Of a stretch of 30,733 nucleotides of DNA, positions 7,308 to 17,772 are shown in pieces; positions within the stretch are counted from its first letter, which is position 1, and every line of letters starts with the position of its first letter. The notes under the pieces were generated by a model, which made no database searches, was not told the DNA's origin, and was given only the letters and a program-made list of their open reading frames with translations. Source of the DNA: a virus (Duplodnaviria; Caudoviricetes). The DNA lies in the IMG/VR virus record IMGVR_UViG_3300030372_003828, positions 1-30,733 of that record. The stretch is one strand, 5' to 3'. A program made the position numbers and the translations under genes.

Positions 7308-7763
7308 ATGTACTACGAAATTTTAACAAAGTTACAAACAGAATTAAATAATGATCCATTAATAAACACCGTTAGTGAAGGTGATATTTTCAGCATAGAT
7401 TTGTCAAAACAAACTATTTTTCCACTATGTCATATAATGGTAAACAATGCAACTTTTGTAAACAATGTAATTCAGTATAATATTTCTATAATGGCAATGG
7501 ATATTGTAGATATTTCTAAAGAAGAAACAACTGATAAGTTTAGAGGAAACGACAATGAACAAGATGTTCTAAATACTCAAATAAGTATTTTAAACAGGTT
7601 ATACGAAAAGTTAAGGCGTGGAAACCTTTATGACGATAATTACCAAGTAGAAGGATCACCAAATTGTGAGCCATTTATAGACAGATTTGAAAACAAGTTA
7701 GCTGGTTGGACTATGACCGTAAACATAAACACACCTAACACAATGACAGTTTGTGATGTCTGA
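7308..7763 (+). CDS. Putative tail terminator/completion protein
   Basis: Size, position and motifs IFPLCHI and EPFIDRFENKLAGW. Confidence 0.55.
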   Translation: MYYEILTKLQTELNNDPLINTVSEGDIFSIDLSKQTIFPLCHIMVNNATFVNNVIQYNISIMAMDIVDISKEETTDKFRGNDNEQDVLNTQISILNRLYEKLRRGNLYDDNYQVEGSPNCEPFIDRFENKLAGWTMTVNINTPNTMTVCDV

Positions 7764-8304
7764 AACTAATTTTTTATTGGAAGCTTTAAAAGAGTTTGAA
7801 CAGAAAGTTGTTCAAGCTGCAAAAGATAATTTAACCAAACAAAATACAAGTGGTAATTTAAGCAAGTCAATAAAAGGTGATGTTAAAGAAATGCCAAATA
7901 GTATTAGAGTATTTTTCGAAATGAACGAATACGGATTTTACCAAGATAGGGGGGTGAAAGGTATAAAAGGTGGTAAGTCTTTAGACAACTTTGCCTATAC
8001 TGATAAAATGCCACCACCAAAAGCATTTGACAAATGGGTGGTAAGAAAAGGAATTGCACCACGTGATGTAAAAGGAAAATTTAAAGGCAGAAGCATAAGT
8101 AAAGTTGGTTTCCAAAAATCAATTACTTTTTTAATAGCAAGAAAAATATTTCACCAAGGAATTAAACCAACAATGTTTTTTACTAAACCATTTGAAAAAG
8201 CTTACAATCAATTACCACAAGAACTAATAGAAAAATATGGTTTAGATATGGAAAACTTATTATTATCAATTATAGACGAAAATTTTAAAGAATATTATGG
8301 CTAA
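7753..8304 (+). CDS. Putative neck/tail-completion protein (HK97 gp10-like)
   Basis: SGNLSKSI, YGFYQDRGVKG and GIKPTMFFTKPF motifs. Confidence 0.6.
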   Translation: MMSETNFLLEALKEFEQKVVQAAKDNLTKQNTSGNLSKSIKGDVKEMPNSIRVFFEMNEYGFYQDRGVKGIKGGKSLDNFAYTDKMPPPKAFDKWVVRKGIAPRDVKGKFKGRSISKVGFQKSITFLIARKIFHQGIKPTMFFTKPFEKAYNQLPQELIEKYGLDMENLLLSIIDENFKEYYG

Positions 8305-9436
8305 TATATTTGCACGATCACCTTACATTATTGAAGTTGATGAATCTAATGTTGTAGGTTCACAATTAGATCTAACTTTTTACTATCCTGGAACATCTCC
8401 TGGAACGGCTCAATACGTTTTAAACAAAAAAATACCTTCTTCAAATAACTTGAAAATGTATTACGACATTGCACCGTATTGTAGAGAATATTTGAAGTTT
8501 ACAACAAGGCAAAGTATTATTGGAACGCTTCCTACAACAAGTGGAATTGTAGCAAGTAACAATAACCAATATGTTTTATTAAGAGTGCAAAGATATAAAG
8601 AGAATACAAATGGAACTTTTACACTTTTAGATACCACTACTAATTATTGTTTTGACGGCTACGGCTATTATTCAGAAGGTAGCAACCCAACGAATGCAGA
8701 TTTTATTTTTAGTGGCTCAAAATATGCAACTTTAAAAGAAGGAACTTATTACTATAAATATGATGCTTTAAGCAATCCAACAAGTAACGCAGATGATCGT
8801 GCTGGAATTTTAGGCGTATATAATGCTGCTTCTATTGATAGTGTAAAATATACTGATTTAGTTACAGGAACATCAACAACAATTACAACGCCATTTGCTG
8901 CAGGAAATACTCTTTATGATGTTCCTTCGGTTTGGGTTGGTTATTATGCAAACGGTAATAAATTGGAAATATGGCAAAACGTAAGTTCACCTTCGCCAAC
9001 TTTGTTAGGAACATGGAATTTTAAACCTGTATGCGAACCGAAATACACACCAGTAATGATTGATTTCGTAAACAAGTTTGGATATTGGCAACGTGAATTC
9101 TTTTTTAAAGCTTCTAAAAATAATATTAGCGTAAACAATAAAGAATATAATTTGATGCAATCTAATTCATTAAGTTACTCAACTTTAGAAGGTCAAAGAA
9201 GTGCATTCAATACAAACGGTGAAGAGAAAATAACAGTTAATACAGGTCATGTTGAAGAGAGTTATAATGATACTATTCAAGAAATAATGTTAAGTGAAAA
9301 AATATTACTCGATAATTTGCCAGTTTTATTGAATACAAAATCTATAGAAAAAATAAAAGGTATAAACAGAAATGAACCAACAAGCTATACAATGGAATTC
9401 AAATATTCTAGTGATATAATTAATAGTGTTATATAA
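8297..9436 (+). CDS. Structural tail protein (distal tail/baseplate-like)
   Basis: Beta-rich 379-aa protein with FVNKFGYW motif, in the tail block. Confidence 0.55.
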   Translation: MANIFARSPYIIEVDESNVVGSQLDLTFYYPGTSPGTAQYVLNKKIPSSNNLKMYYDIAPYCREYLKFTTRQSIIGTLPTTSGIVASNNNQYVLLRVQRYKENTNGTFTLLDTTTNYCFDGYGYYSEGSNPTNADFIFSGSKYATLKEGTYYYKYDALSNPTSNADDRAGILGVYNAASIDSVKYTDLVTGTSTTITTPFAAGNTLYDVPSVWVGYYANGNKLEIWQNVSSPSPTLLGTWNFKPVCEPKYTPVMIDFVNKFGYWQREFFFKASKNNISVNNKEYNLMQSNSLSYSTLEGQRSAFNTNGEEKITVNTGHVEESYNDTIQEIMLSEKILLDNLPVLLNTKSIEKIKGINRNEPTSYTMEFKYSSDIINSVI

Positions 9437-11907
9437 TGAAAAGAAGCATTCAAATATATGTAGAAGGTGTTAAATTAGATTTGTTTGCAGATGAGCAAAT
9501 TGAAGTCAATTCAACTATTCAAAATATACAAGATATAAGCAAAGTATATTCTGACTACAGCCAATCTTTTTCAGTACCAGCAACCCCAAATAATAATCAA
9601 GTTTTTAGTCATTGGTACAACAATGATGTTACAACTCATAATGGTTCTTCTTTTGATGTTAAAATAAGAAAAGAAGCAAAGATTGATATTAATTTAACTC
9701 CTTTTAGAAGTGGTAAAATTCAACTCGAAAAAGTAGAATTAAAAAATGGGAAACCTGATAATTACCAACTAACTTTTTACGGTGATATAACAAGCTTAAA
9801 AGATAAGTTTTTAGAAGAAAAATTAACTGATTTAGATTTAAGTTCTTTAGATCATAACTACACTGGAACAGAAGTTTTAAATAGAATAACAGATGATACA
9901 ACTGATTATGATGTTAGATACCCTCTAATAAGTAGTAAAGATTTATGGACGTATGGAGACGGTGGTTCTGAAGATATTTCAACAACTGCAGGTCATATAC
10001 CTTATACAGATTTATTTCCAGCAATAAAAGTAAGCAAAGTTTTTGATGCTATTGAAAGCCGTTATGGTTTGACTTTTAACGGTAATTTTTTAAATGATGA
10101 AAGATTTAAAAAGTTGTTTTTATGGTGTAAAAATGCGAATACAAATACATTCGTTACTCAACCAAAAAAATTAGATATAACTGGTCCTCTTTCATTTCCA
10201 AATGTAGCACCCTTAGTTAACCAAGATTATTTTGATTATACCAATGATACCCTAACTTTACAATGGGACGGCACAACCTTTAATAATGGTACTCTACTAA
10301 ATTCAAATTGGCATACAACACACCCAGGATCTTTTATTGTAACTGTTTATGAAGAAATAACGGTATCAATTTTACCTTCAACTACCAATGCTACTATTTA
10401 TTTAGATATTTATCAGAATAACATTTTATTAGTTACTCAAGAAATACCACCATTGCCAAGTAGTGCTTCAGGTTTGTACATTGATACAACTTTTTACGAT
10501 CAATTAGTTGACTTATCAGGAACACAAAAGGTTTTTCATTGGGAAGTTAGAGCAAGTCAATCAATGAATATAACCGGAAAAATAAACTATAAGCAAAAAA
10601 TAACTTATGAAAATGCTTTAGGCGTTCCAAAATATCAAGAATTATGGCGTGAAACAGGTGGAAATGCAGTGACTTTAACAGGCGTAAATTATATTACTAA
10701 TTATCTTCCAGATCTAAAAGTAAAAGATCTTTTCACTGGTGTCTTAAAAATGTTTAATCTAACTTGTTTTGGTACTGATACAGATGTTTATCAAATCGAA
10801 GATATTGAAACTTGGTATAACGTAGGTGATTTATACGATACTACAACTTACACCGATATTGAAAGCATACAAGTAAAAAAAGTACCCTTGTATAAAAAAA
10901 TTAGTTTTCAATATGCAGAAAGTAAAAGTTTTTTGAATAAACAATTTTCAGTTACTCATCAAAAAGAGTATGGAAATTTAGAACAAACTTTTAATAATGA
11001 AGGAAGTGAATTTAGTGTTAAATTGCCTTTTGAAAATTTAATGGGAACAAGATTTTTTCTTTCTTCAAATGTACCAACAAATACACAAGTGGCTTATGCT
11101 TTAGATGAGAATTACAATCCTTATATTACAAAACCATGTTTGTTTTATATGTACGATAAGCAAACAACCGATATTAAAATTAATGACGGTAGTAGCACCC
11201 AAACCATTACTAATTATATTCCTTTTGGACAGGATTTAAGAGTGAACAACCAAACTGATTACTCACTAAATTTTGGCAATGAGATAAGTACATTTTTATT
11301 AACAACTGTTCCTTTTGGTTTATATGCTGCATACTATTTAAATTATCTTATGAATCTTTACATGATTCAAAATAGAATAACAGATTTAAAAAGTCTTTTT
11401 CCAATATCACTTTTAACTAAATTAAAGCTAAATGATAGGTTAGTAATTAGAGATAAAAGGTACATTATAAACTCATATAAAACCAACCTAACAAGTGGTG
11501 AGGTCAATTTATCATTAATAATGGATCTTAGACCAACAAACCCTATAACAGTTATACCAACTAATCCAACTGCAAATTGTGTTGATGTTCCAATTACCTT
11601 ATACAATAATGTAGTTAGTGCAACTATAACAACAACAACTGCAGGTGTAACAATAACACCAAGCACGGTAACAAGTTCACAAATTATTTCTGTTTGTGTT
11701 CCTGTAAATAACAATCCAAAATGTTATATAATGGACGAAAGTAATAATGCTTTATTTCCACCTATACTGCATAAATTTATTGTTACTGAAACAAATGTTC
11801 CATTAATAAAAGAAAATTATAGTGTGCAAACAATACCACTATTAGTAACCCAAACATATCAAAACGGAGCAATAACAGAAAACACAATTTTAATTCAACA
11901 ACCATGA
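9436..11907 (+). CDS. Large tail tip/baseplate hub protein
   Basis: 823 aa; N-terminal LDLF...SDYSQSFSVPATPNNN; C-terminal LKLNDRLVI...YIIN followed by a Thr-rich Ig-like end. Confidence 0.65.
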   Translation: MKRSIQIYVEGVKLDLFADEQIEVNSTIQNIQDISKVYSDYSQSFSVPATPNNNQVFSHWYNNDVTTHNGSSFDVKIRKEAKIDINLTPFRSGKIQLEKVELKNGKPDNYQLTFYGDITSLKDKFLEEKLTDLDLSSLDHNYTGTEVLNRITDDTTDYDVRYPLISSKDLWTYGDGGSEDISTTAGHIPYTDLFPAIKVSKVFDAIESRYGLTFNGNFLNDERFKKLFLWCKNANTNTFVTQPKKLDITGPLSFPNVAPLVNQDYFDYTNDTLTLQWDGTTFNNGTLLNSNWHTTHPGSFIVTVYEEITVSILPSTTNATIYLDIYQNNILLVTQEIPPLPSSASGLYIDTTFYDQLVDLSGTQKVFHWEVRASQSMNITGKINYKQKITYENALGVPKYQELWRETGGNAVTLTGVNYITNYLPDLKVKDLFTGVLKMFNLTCFGTDTDVYQIEDIETWYNVGDLYDTTTYTDIESIQVKKVPLYKKISFQYAESKSFLNKQFSVTHQKEYGNLEQTFNNEGSEFSVKLPFENLMGTRFFLSSNVPTNTQVAYALDENYNPYITKPCLFYMYDKQTTDIKINDGSSTQTITNYIPFGQDLRVNNQTDYSLNFGNEISTFLLTTVPFGLYAAYYLNYLMNLYMIQNRITDLKSLFPISLLTKLKLNDRLVIRDKRYIINSYKTNLTSGEVNLSLIMDLRPTNPITVIPTNPTANCVDVPITLYNNVVSATITTTTAGVTITPSTVTSSQIISVCVPVNNNPKCYIMDESNNALFPPILHKFIVTETNVPLIKENYSVQTIPLLVTQTYQNGAITENTILIQQP

Positions 11908-12086
11908 TAGAAAAAATAATTGAAATGCTAAAATTAACCGATCATTTCGGAATAAGTGAAGAAATAGAAATAGCAAAAGGAAAATACAAGTTAACAGATA
12001 ATTTAAAAGAAATATACAAGCAAGAACAAAGGAATTTAAAATTTAAAAAGCTTAACAATGGCAGAAAAAAGGACAATAAATCTTGA
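11904..12086 (+). CDS. Small hypothetical protein
   Basis: 60 aa, IEIAKGKYKL motif, overlaps both neighbours. Confidence 0.65.
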   Translation: MIEKIIEMLKLTDHFGISEEIEIAKGKYKLTDNLKEIYKQEQRNLKFKKLNNGRKKDNKS

Positions 12087-14076
12087 TGTAAATACGAACG
12101 CAGAACAAGTTGGTAATCAATTTGACAACTTAAACAAAAGTATAGACGGCACTACAAAAAGCAATAAAGACTTACACGCTACATTTGAAGAAGTCTATGA
12201 CGATATAAGACCTTTGACGGCTCAAATGGGTGAAATGGAAGATCGGCTTTACCAAATGGCTTTAGCTGGTGAACAAACAACAGATGAATTTAAAGAACTT
12301 TTAAAAGAAGTTGGTAAATATCGTAAAACACAAATTGAAACAGATTTAGCAGTTGACACTGCAGCACAAACTATGAGTGCAAAACTTGGTGGTGCATTAC
12401 AAGGTGCAGCAAGTGGATTTGCAGTTGTCCAGGGAGCAATGGGATTATTTGGTACTGAATCTGAAGAAGTAGAACAAGCATTATTGAAAGTTAATTCTGC
12501 TATGGCATTGGCAGACGGAATAAAAGGTATTCAAGACTTTAGTAAAAGTTTTAATTTAGCAAGTAAATCAACGAAAGCTTTTACACTTGTTCAAAAAGGT
12601 CTTAATCTTGTTTTAAAAGCAAATCCATTTGCACTAATTGTTACTGCAGTAATTGGTTTAATTGGTTACTTTGCAGTTTTTACAGATGCAATAAATGTTG
12701 TTATAGAAGGATTAAAATCTGTAAGTGATTTTTTAGGAATTACAGATTATGAAGCAGAAGAAAACGCAAAAAAGCGTGAAGCAGAAGCAGAAACACAAAG
12801 AAGGTTACAAGAAGCAGAACAAAAAAGGGCAGAACGTTTGCACAATTCTAAAATGAATGATCTCGATAACGAAATTGCATTAGCAAGGGCGCAAGGAAAA
12901 GATACAACAAAACTGCAAAAGAAAAAAATTAATGAATTAATTAAAATTAAAAAAGCAAAATTATCAGAACTTGCAGTTGACGAAGCACTTTTGGAAAACA
13001 TAAAGCAAAGATTAATAGCAACTGCAGGAATGGGTGGTGTGGCAGAAGCTGTAGCAAAGGCATCTTTAAAAGCTCTAGAAAGTAGAGAAGAAGAATCTGC
13101 AAAACTAAAAGATGAAATTTCTAAACTTGAAACTGATTTAAAAATTGTTGACATTGAGTTCAATAAAAGAAGTCGTGAAAGGTCAAAAAATTACAAAGCT
13201 GAAAAAGATGCAAAAGAAAAAGCAGACAAAGAAGCAGCAGACAAAGAATTGCAACGTCAAAATGCTATTGAAAAGAAAAGAAAAGACAATCTTAAAAAAT
13301 TACGTGATGATTTTGAAACATCTTTAGAAGCTGAAACAGAAATTGCAAACAAAAGATTAATTAGTGAACAAGAATTCGAAATACAATTAGTTCAAGATAA
13401 GTATTTTAATTTAATAGAACAAGCAAAACAATATGGTTTAGATACGCAAGTTTTAGAAGAAAACCAACAAGCAGCAATAAAAGAAATTGAAGATAAATAC
13501 AGAAAAGAAAAAGAAGAGGCAGAAGATGAAGCAAAGAAAAAAGCCAAAGCAGACAGAGATAAAGATATTGAAGATAATGCAAGAAAATGGGAATTAAGGT
13601 TTCAACTTGCAAATGACTCTTTAGGTGCAATTTCAGATCTTGTAACTGCATTTGCTGGAGAAGGTGAAGAAGCACAAAAGAAAGCTTTTAGAGTAAATAA
13701 GGCAATTAGTATTGCACAAGCTGTAATTAGTACGGCTCAAGGAATCATGTCTCAATTAGCCGTTCCACAAGATGCACTAACTGGCGCAAACTTTGTAAAA
13801 GCAGGAATTGTTGCCGCGACAGGTATTGCACAAATTTCAAAGATTTCAGCAACAAAATTTCAAAGTTCAAGTGCTGGTGGTGGTGGTGGAATAAACTCAC
13901 CAAGTGACCCAGGAGCAAATGCAACACCAACTGCACAATTTAATGTGGTCGGTGATAGTGGTGTAAATCAGTTAGCACAATTACAAATGCAACCAACACA
14001 AGCTTTTGTAGTTAGTGGTGATATTACAACGGCACAAAGTTTAGATAGGAACAAAATAGAAAATGCGACATTATAA
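12058..14076 (+). CDS. Tape measure protein
   Basis: 672 aa, Ala/Gly-rich helical segments, a hydrophobic ANPFALIVTAVIGL segment and a long coiled coil. Confidence 0.8.
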   Translation: MAEKRTINLDVNTNAEQVGNQFDNLNKSIDGTTKSNKDLHATFEEVYDDIRPLTAQMGEMEDRLYQMALAGEQTTDEFKELLKEVGKYRKTQIETDLAVDTAAQTMSAKLGGALQGAASGFAVVQGAMGLFGTESEEVEQALLKVNSAMALADGIKGIQDFSKSFNLASKSTKAFTLVQKGLNLVLKANPFALIVTAVIGLIGYFAVFTDAINVVIEGLKSVSDFLGITDYEAEENAKKREAEAETQRRLQEAEQKRAERLHNSKMNDLDNEIALARAQGKDTTKLQKKKINELIKIKKAKLSELAVDEALLENIKQRLIATAGMGGVAEAVAKASLKALESREEESAKLKDEISKLETDLKIVDIEFNKRSRERSKNYKAEKDAKEKADKEAADKELQRQNAIEKKRKDNLKKLRDDFETSLEAETEIANKRLISEQEFEIQLVQDKYFNLIEQAKQYGLDTQVLEENQQAAIKEIEDKYRKEKEEAEDEAKKKAKADRDKDIEDNARKWELRFQLANDSLGAISDLVTAFAGEGEEAQKKAFRVNKAISIAQAVISTAQGIMSQLAVPQDALTGANFVKAGIVAATGIAQISKISATKFQSSSAGGGGGINSPSDPGANATPTAQFNVVGDSGVNQLAQLQMQPTQAFVVSGDITTAQSLDRNKIENATL

Positions 14077-14083
14077 ATAAAAA

Positions 14084-14098
14084 ACGTTCATGTAATAT
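14084..14098 (+). promoter_or_regulatory. Putative late promoter motif, copy 2
   Basis: ACGTTCATGTAATAT overlapping the ATG at 14097. Confidence 0.8.
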
Positions 14099-15284
14099 GA
14101 GAATAGTAGAATTAATATTAAACGAAGAAGAAGAAAATGCTGGTATTGATGCAGTATCGGTTGTCAATTCACCAGCAATAGAAAGTGATTTTGTAGCTTT
14201 AAAAAAACACCAAGTTGAACTGAAAACTATTAATGATGAAAAGAGGTTATTAATGGGTGCTGCATTGATTCCTGACAAACAAATTTTTAGAAAGAATGGT
14301 GATGATGAGTACTACATTTATTTTAGTAAAGATACCATTCGTAAAGCAAGTCAATTGTTTTTGAAAAAATCTAATCAAAATAACGCTACAATTGAACATG
14401 AAAGAAAAATTGAAGGAATGTCAGTTGTTGAAAGTTGGATCAAAGAAGGTGATAAAGATAAATCAAGTTTATATAATTTTGATCACCCTGTTGGAACATG
14501 GTATATTACTATGAAAGTTGAAAATGATGATGTTTGGAAAGAAGTAAAAAGTGGGAACATTAAGGGCTTCAGTATCGAGGGTTATTTCGCTGAAAAAGTA
14601 GAAGCAAGTAAACAAGAATTAAAGTCTATTATAATAGATGAAGATCTTGCAATTATTGATGATCGAACTGCATATTCAACAGAGGAAAAAGCATTGAAAG
14701 TTGCTAAAGATTTAGGTTGTGAGGGTTCACACCAGCACGAATTTGAAGGTAAAATTTGGTATATGCCATGTAAACAACATACATTAAGCGAAGAAATACC
14801 AACTATTGACTTGAAAAAACCATGTTGGAAAGGTTACGAGCAAAAAGGTTTTAAAACTAAATATGGTAAAAAAGTACCTAACTGTGTTAAAATAAAAAAT
14901 GCTACAGAACTTGAATCTTATTCTGATTATCCGAGTGGTGTAAAAAACAATGCTAAAAGAGGAATTGCACTTAACGAAAAGAACAACAATAAATGTGCAA
15001 CTCAAACAGGCAAAGTTAGGGCGCAACAATTGGCAAATGGTGAAGCAATAAGCGAGGAAACAATTTCAAGAATGTATTCTTATTTAAGCAGAGCAAAAAC
15101 ATATTATGATGATGCAGATACAAACGATTGTGGAAATATATCTTATTTACTTTGGGGTGGTCTTGCTGGATTACGTTGGTCAGAAAGCAAACTTAAAGAA
15201 CTTGGTAAATTAGAAGCAATGAAAGAGGAAATAAATAAAGATACTTTACAAAAAATTAAAAACCTTTTTAAAAATGAGAAATAA
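14097..15284 (+). CDS. XkdF-like prohead serine protease with C-terminal accessory domains
   Basis: KRLLMGAALIPD, ATIEH, VVESW, GTW and IKGFSIEG motifs in the first ~170 aa; lies upstream of scaffold and capsid genes. Confidence 0.8.
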   Translation: MRIVELILNEEEENAGIDAVSVVNSPAIESDFVALKKHQVELKTINDEKRLLMGAALIPDKQIFRKNGDDEYYIYFSKDTIRKASQLFLKKSNQNNATIEHERKIEGMSVVESWIKEGDKDKSSLYNFDHPVGTWYITMKVENDDVWKEVKSGNIKGFSIEGYFAEKVEASKQELKSIIIDEDLAIIDDRTAYSTEEKALKVAKDLGCEGSHQHEFEGKIWYMPCKQHTLSEEIPTIDLKKPCWKGYEQKGFKTKYGKKVPNCVKIKNATELESYSDYPSGVKNNAKRGIALNEKNNNKCATQTGKVRAQQLANGEAISEETISRMYSYLSRAKTYYDDADTNDCGNISYLLWGGLAGLRWSESKLKELGKLEAMKEEINKDTLQKIKNLFKNEK

Positions 15285-15441
15285 GAAAAAAAGAGTAAAA
15301 AAATTTAGTGACAATCCAAATAGCACACAAAGTAAATCTTCACCAAAAGGTGGTAAAAGAGGGTGTTTATGTGCAGATAATACTTACCATGTAGATTGTT
15401 GTGATGGAACTTTAAGAGCCCAAGGAATAGGAAAAGGATAA
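15274..15441 (+). CDS. Small basic Cys-rich protein (55 aa, not in the ORF track)
   Basis: MRNKKKRV...SSPKGGKRGCLCADNTYHVDCCDGTLRAQGIGKG. Confidence 0.75.
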   Translation: MRNKKKRVKKFSDNPNSTQSKSSPKGGKRGCLCADNTYHVDCCDGTLRAQGIGKG

Positions 15442-15468
15442 AAGAAAACGTGATGACTTTTTTTAATT

Positions 15469-15483
15469 ACGTTCATGTAATAT
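15469..15483 (+). promoter_or_regulatory. Putative late promoter motif, copy 3
   Basis: ACGTTCATGTAATAT ending 17 nt upstream of the scaffold ATG at 15501. Confidence 0.8.
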
Positions 15484-15500
15484 ATAAAAACTTTTAAGAA

Positions 15501-16145
15501 ATGAATACTACTGAAATATTAGCTAAAATTAAAACCCTTTTAGGTGTAGAAAACGAAGAAATAAAACTTGCACAAATGAAGCTTGAGGACAAAATTACTA
15601 TTGTTGAGAGTGAAAATTTTGAACCTGGTGATGAATTAACAATAATTACAGAAGATGGGAAAGTTGCAATGCCAATAGGTGATTATAAACTTGAAGATGG
15701 CAGACTACTTGTTGTAAAAGAAGAAGGTATTATTGCAGAAGTTAAAGAATCATCAGAAGAAGAAAACGAAGAAGAAGTTGTTGAGGAAAATGAGGAAGTT
15801 GAAAAAGAGATGAAAGAAAAAGAAGAATATTCTGAAGAAAACAACGCACCAAAAAAAGTAGTTGAAACGATTTCAAAAGAATTACATTTTGAAGAAGTTG
15901 AAAAACTAAAAAAAGAAATTGAAGATCTTAAATTAAAAGCTACTGAAAAAGAAGTTGAATTAAAAGAAGATCTTAAAGAAGAAACAAAAGAAGATAAAAC
16001 AGAAGAAGTTGAATTATCTTCTATTGAAGATCCAAAACCAATTGTACACAACCCAGAAAACAAAAAAGAAATTGAAGGGTTTTTGTATGGTCAAAGTGGT
16101 CATAAAACTACTCTTGATAGGGTAATGAGTAAATTAAGTAAATAA
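15501..16145 (+). CDS. Capsid scaffolding protein
   Basis: Very acidic with a coiled coil, GDYKLEDGRLLVV motif, immediately upstream of the capsid gene. Confidence 0.75.
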   Translation: MNTTEILAKIKTLLGVENEEIKLAQMKLEDKITIVESENFEPGDELTIITEDGKVAMPIGDYKLEDGRLLVVKEEGIIAEVKESSEEENEEEVVEENEEVEKEMKEKEEYSEENNAPKKVVETISKELHFEEVEKLKKEIEDLKLKATEKEVELKEDLKEETKEDKTEEVELSSIEDPKPIVHNPENKKEIEGFLYGQSGHKTTLDRVMSKLSK

Positions 16146-16176
16146 TAAATAAATAATAAATTAAAATTTTTAAACT

Positions 16177-17097
16177 ATGAGTTTAGATATCACTTCAAAC
16201 TATGCTGGAGAAAGTGCAGGAAAATATATTTCTGCAGCTTTACTATCGGCATCAACATTGGAAAAAGGTTTAGTAACCGTTATGCCAAATGTAAAATTTA
16301 AAGCTAATCTACAAGTAGCTTCTTATGATGATATTGTAAGAGATTCAACTTGTGATTACACAAACTATGGAACTTTAACAATGACTGAAAAAGTAATTCA
16401 GCCGTTAGAATACCAAGTAAATACTACCATGTGTAAAAAAGAATTAATTGATTCTTGGGAAGCACAACAAATGGGCTTTAGTGCTTTTGCTGAAGCACCA
16501 GCATCATTTTCAGATTTTGTTATAGGTTACACGGCTTCAAAAGTTGCTGCAAAAATCGAATCAAATATTTGGAGTGGTCAAGTTGCAAACAATGGAGAAT
16601 TTCAAGGCTTTTACTATTTAGCAACTGCAGGTGGTAGTGGTTGTGTGGCTGTTTCTGGCACAACGATCACTGCAACCAATGTTATCACAGAAATGGCTAA
16701 GGTGGTGGACGCTATCCCTACTGCCGTCTACGGCAAAGAGGACTTGCATATTTATGTAGCACCAAATGTTGCACGTGCTTATATTCGTGCTTTAGGTGGT
16801 TTTGTAGCTACTATTGGTGGTGCTGGTGTTGACAATAAAGGTACAACATGGTTCGACGGACAAGGATTATCTTTCGATGGAATTCCTGTAGTTGTAGCAC
16901 AAGGGCTTCCAGCACATTCAATGATGGCAGCACAGAAGTCTAATATGTTCTTCGGAACTGGATTGCTTTCAGACACTAATTCTGTACAAGTTATAGATAC
17001 TTCTGAAACACTTGGAGATCGTAATCTTCGTGTTGTAATGAGATTTACTGCAGCCGTACAAATGGGTATTAACGGTGATGTAGTTATCTACGCATAA
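16177..17097 (+). CDS. Major capsid protein
   Basis: 306 aa in the protease-scaffold-capsid order, with higher GC and biased codons suggesting high expression. Confidence 0.85.
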   Translation: MSLDITSNYAGESAGKYISAALLSASTLEKGLVTVMPNVKFKANLQVASYDDIVRDSTCDYTNYGTLTMTEKVIQPLEYQVNTTMCKKELIDSWEAQQMGFSAFAEAPASFSDFVIGYTASKVAAKIESNIWSGQVANNGEFQGFYYLATAGGSGCVAVSGTTITATNVITEMAKVVDAIPTAVYGKEDLHIYVAPNVARAYIRALGGFVATIGGAGVDNKGTTWFDGQGLSFDGIPVVVAQGLPAHSMMAAQKSNMFFGTGLLSDTNSVQVIDTSETLGDRNLRVVMRFTAAVQMGINGDVVIYA

Positions 17098-17109
17098 GAC
17101 TAATTAATT

Positions 17110-17135
17110 GAGGGGTGTAAAAACCCCTCTTAGTA
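17110..17135 (+). terminator. Hairpin after the capsid gene (weak terminator or mRNA stabiliser)
   Basis: GAGGGGT-GTAAAA-ACCCCTC followed by a poor U tract. Confidence 0.65.
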
Positions 17136-17158
17136 TAAATTTTTAAAACTTAGAACAC

Positions 17159-17743
17159 ATGAGTTGTGATATTATTGGAGGACGTACCGAGCAATGTAAA
17201 GACAGTGTAAGTGGATTACATAATATTTACTTAATTAATTACGGTGATTTAGATATTTCCGGACTTGCACAATATGGAACTGGAGATAATACAGACCAAA
17301 TTGTTGCAGTACAAAGTGACGGTATTACGTTCTCTGCTTTTAAGTTTGAATTAAAAGGTGCTAATTCCTTTGAAACTACTATTGAATCAAGTAGGGAAAA
17401 TGGAACAACATTCTTCACTCAAACTTTGACTGTACAGTTGAAAAGACAAGATGTAAAATCTACAAAAAACATTAAATTAATTTCTTACGGAAGACCAAGA
17501 ATTATTGTTCACACAAGAGGTGATCAATTCTTTTTAATGGGCTTAGATCAAGGTTGTGATGTGACTGCAGGGTCTATTTCCTCAGGGCAAAACTTAGGTG
17601 ATTATAATGGGTATTCTTTGACTTTCACGGCTGCTGAAGAGCTTCCAGCGAATTTCATTAATGCAACAAACGAAACTGAATTAAAACTATTGTTACAAAA
17701 TGGTGCTGGTGGTACCGGGGTTTGTAATATAGTTACTTCATAA
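17159..17743 (+). CDS. Major tail (tube) protein
   Basis: MSCDI..GRTEQCKDSVSG, SRENGTTFFTQTL and GDYNGYSLTFTA motifs; beta-rich, 194 aa. Confidence 0.7.
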   Translation: MSCDIIGGRTEQCKDSVSGLHNIYLINYGDLDISGLAQYGTGDNTDQIVAVQSDGITFSAFKFELKGANSFETTIESSRENGTTFFTQTLTVQLKRQDVKSTKNIKLISYGRPRIIVHTRGDQFFLMGLDQGCDVTAGSISSGQNLGDYNGYSLTFTAAEELPANFINATNETELKLLLQNGAGGTGVCNIVTS

Positions 17744-17772
17744 AAGGGGCTTTTCTTTCTTTATATACTTGT

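Noticed and set aside
13145-13327. Alternative-frame + strand ORF inside the tape measure gene
   Set aside because: Lys/Gln-rich by-product of A-rich coiled-coil codons, with a TTG start and no slippery site noticed.
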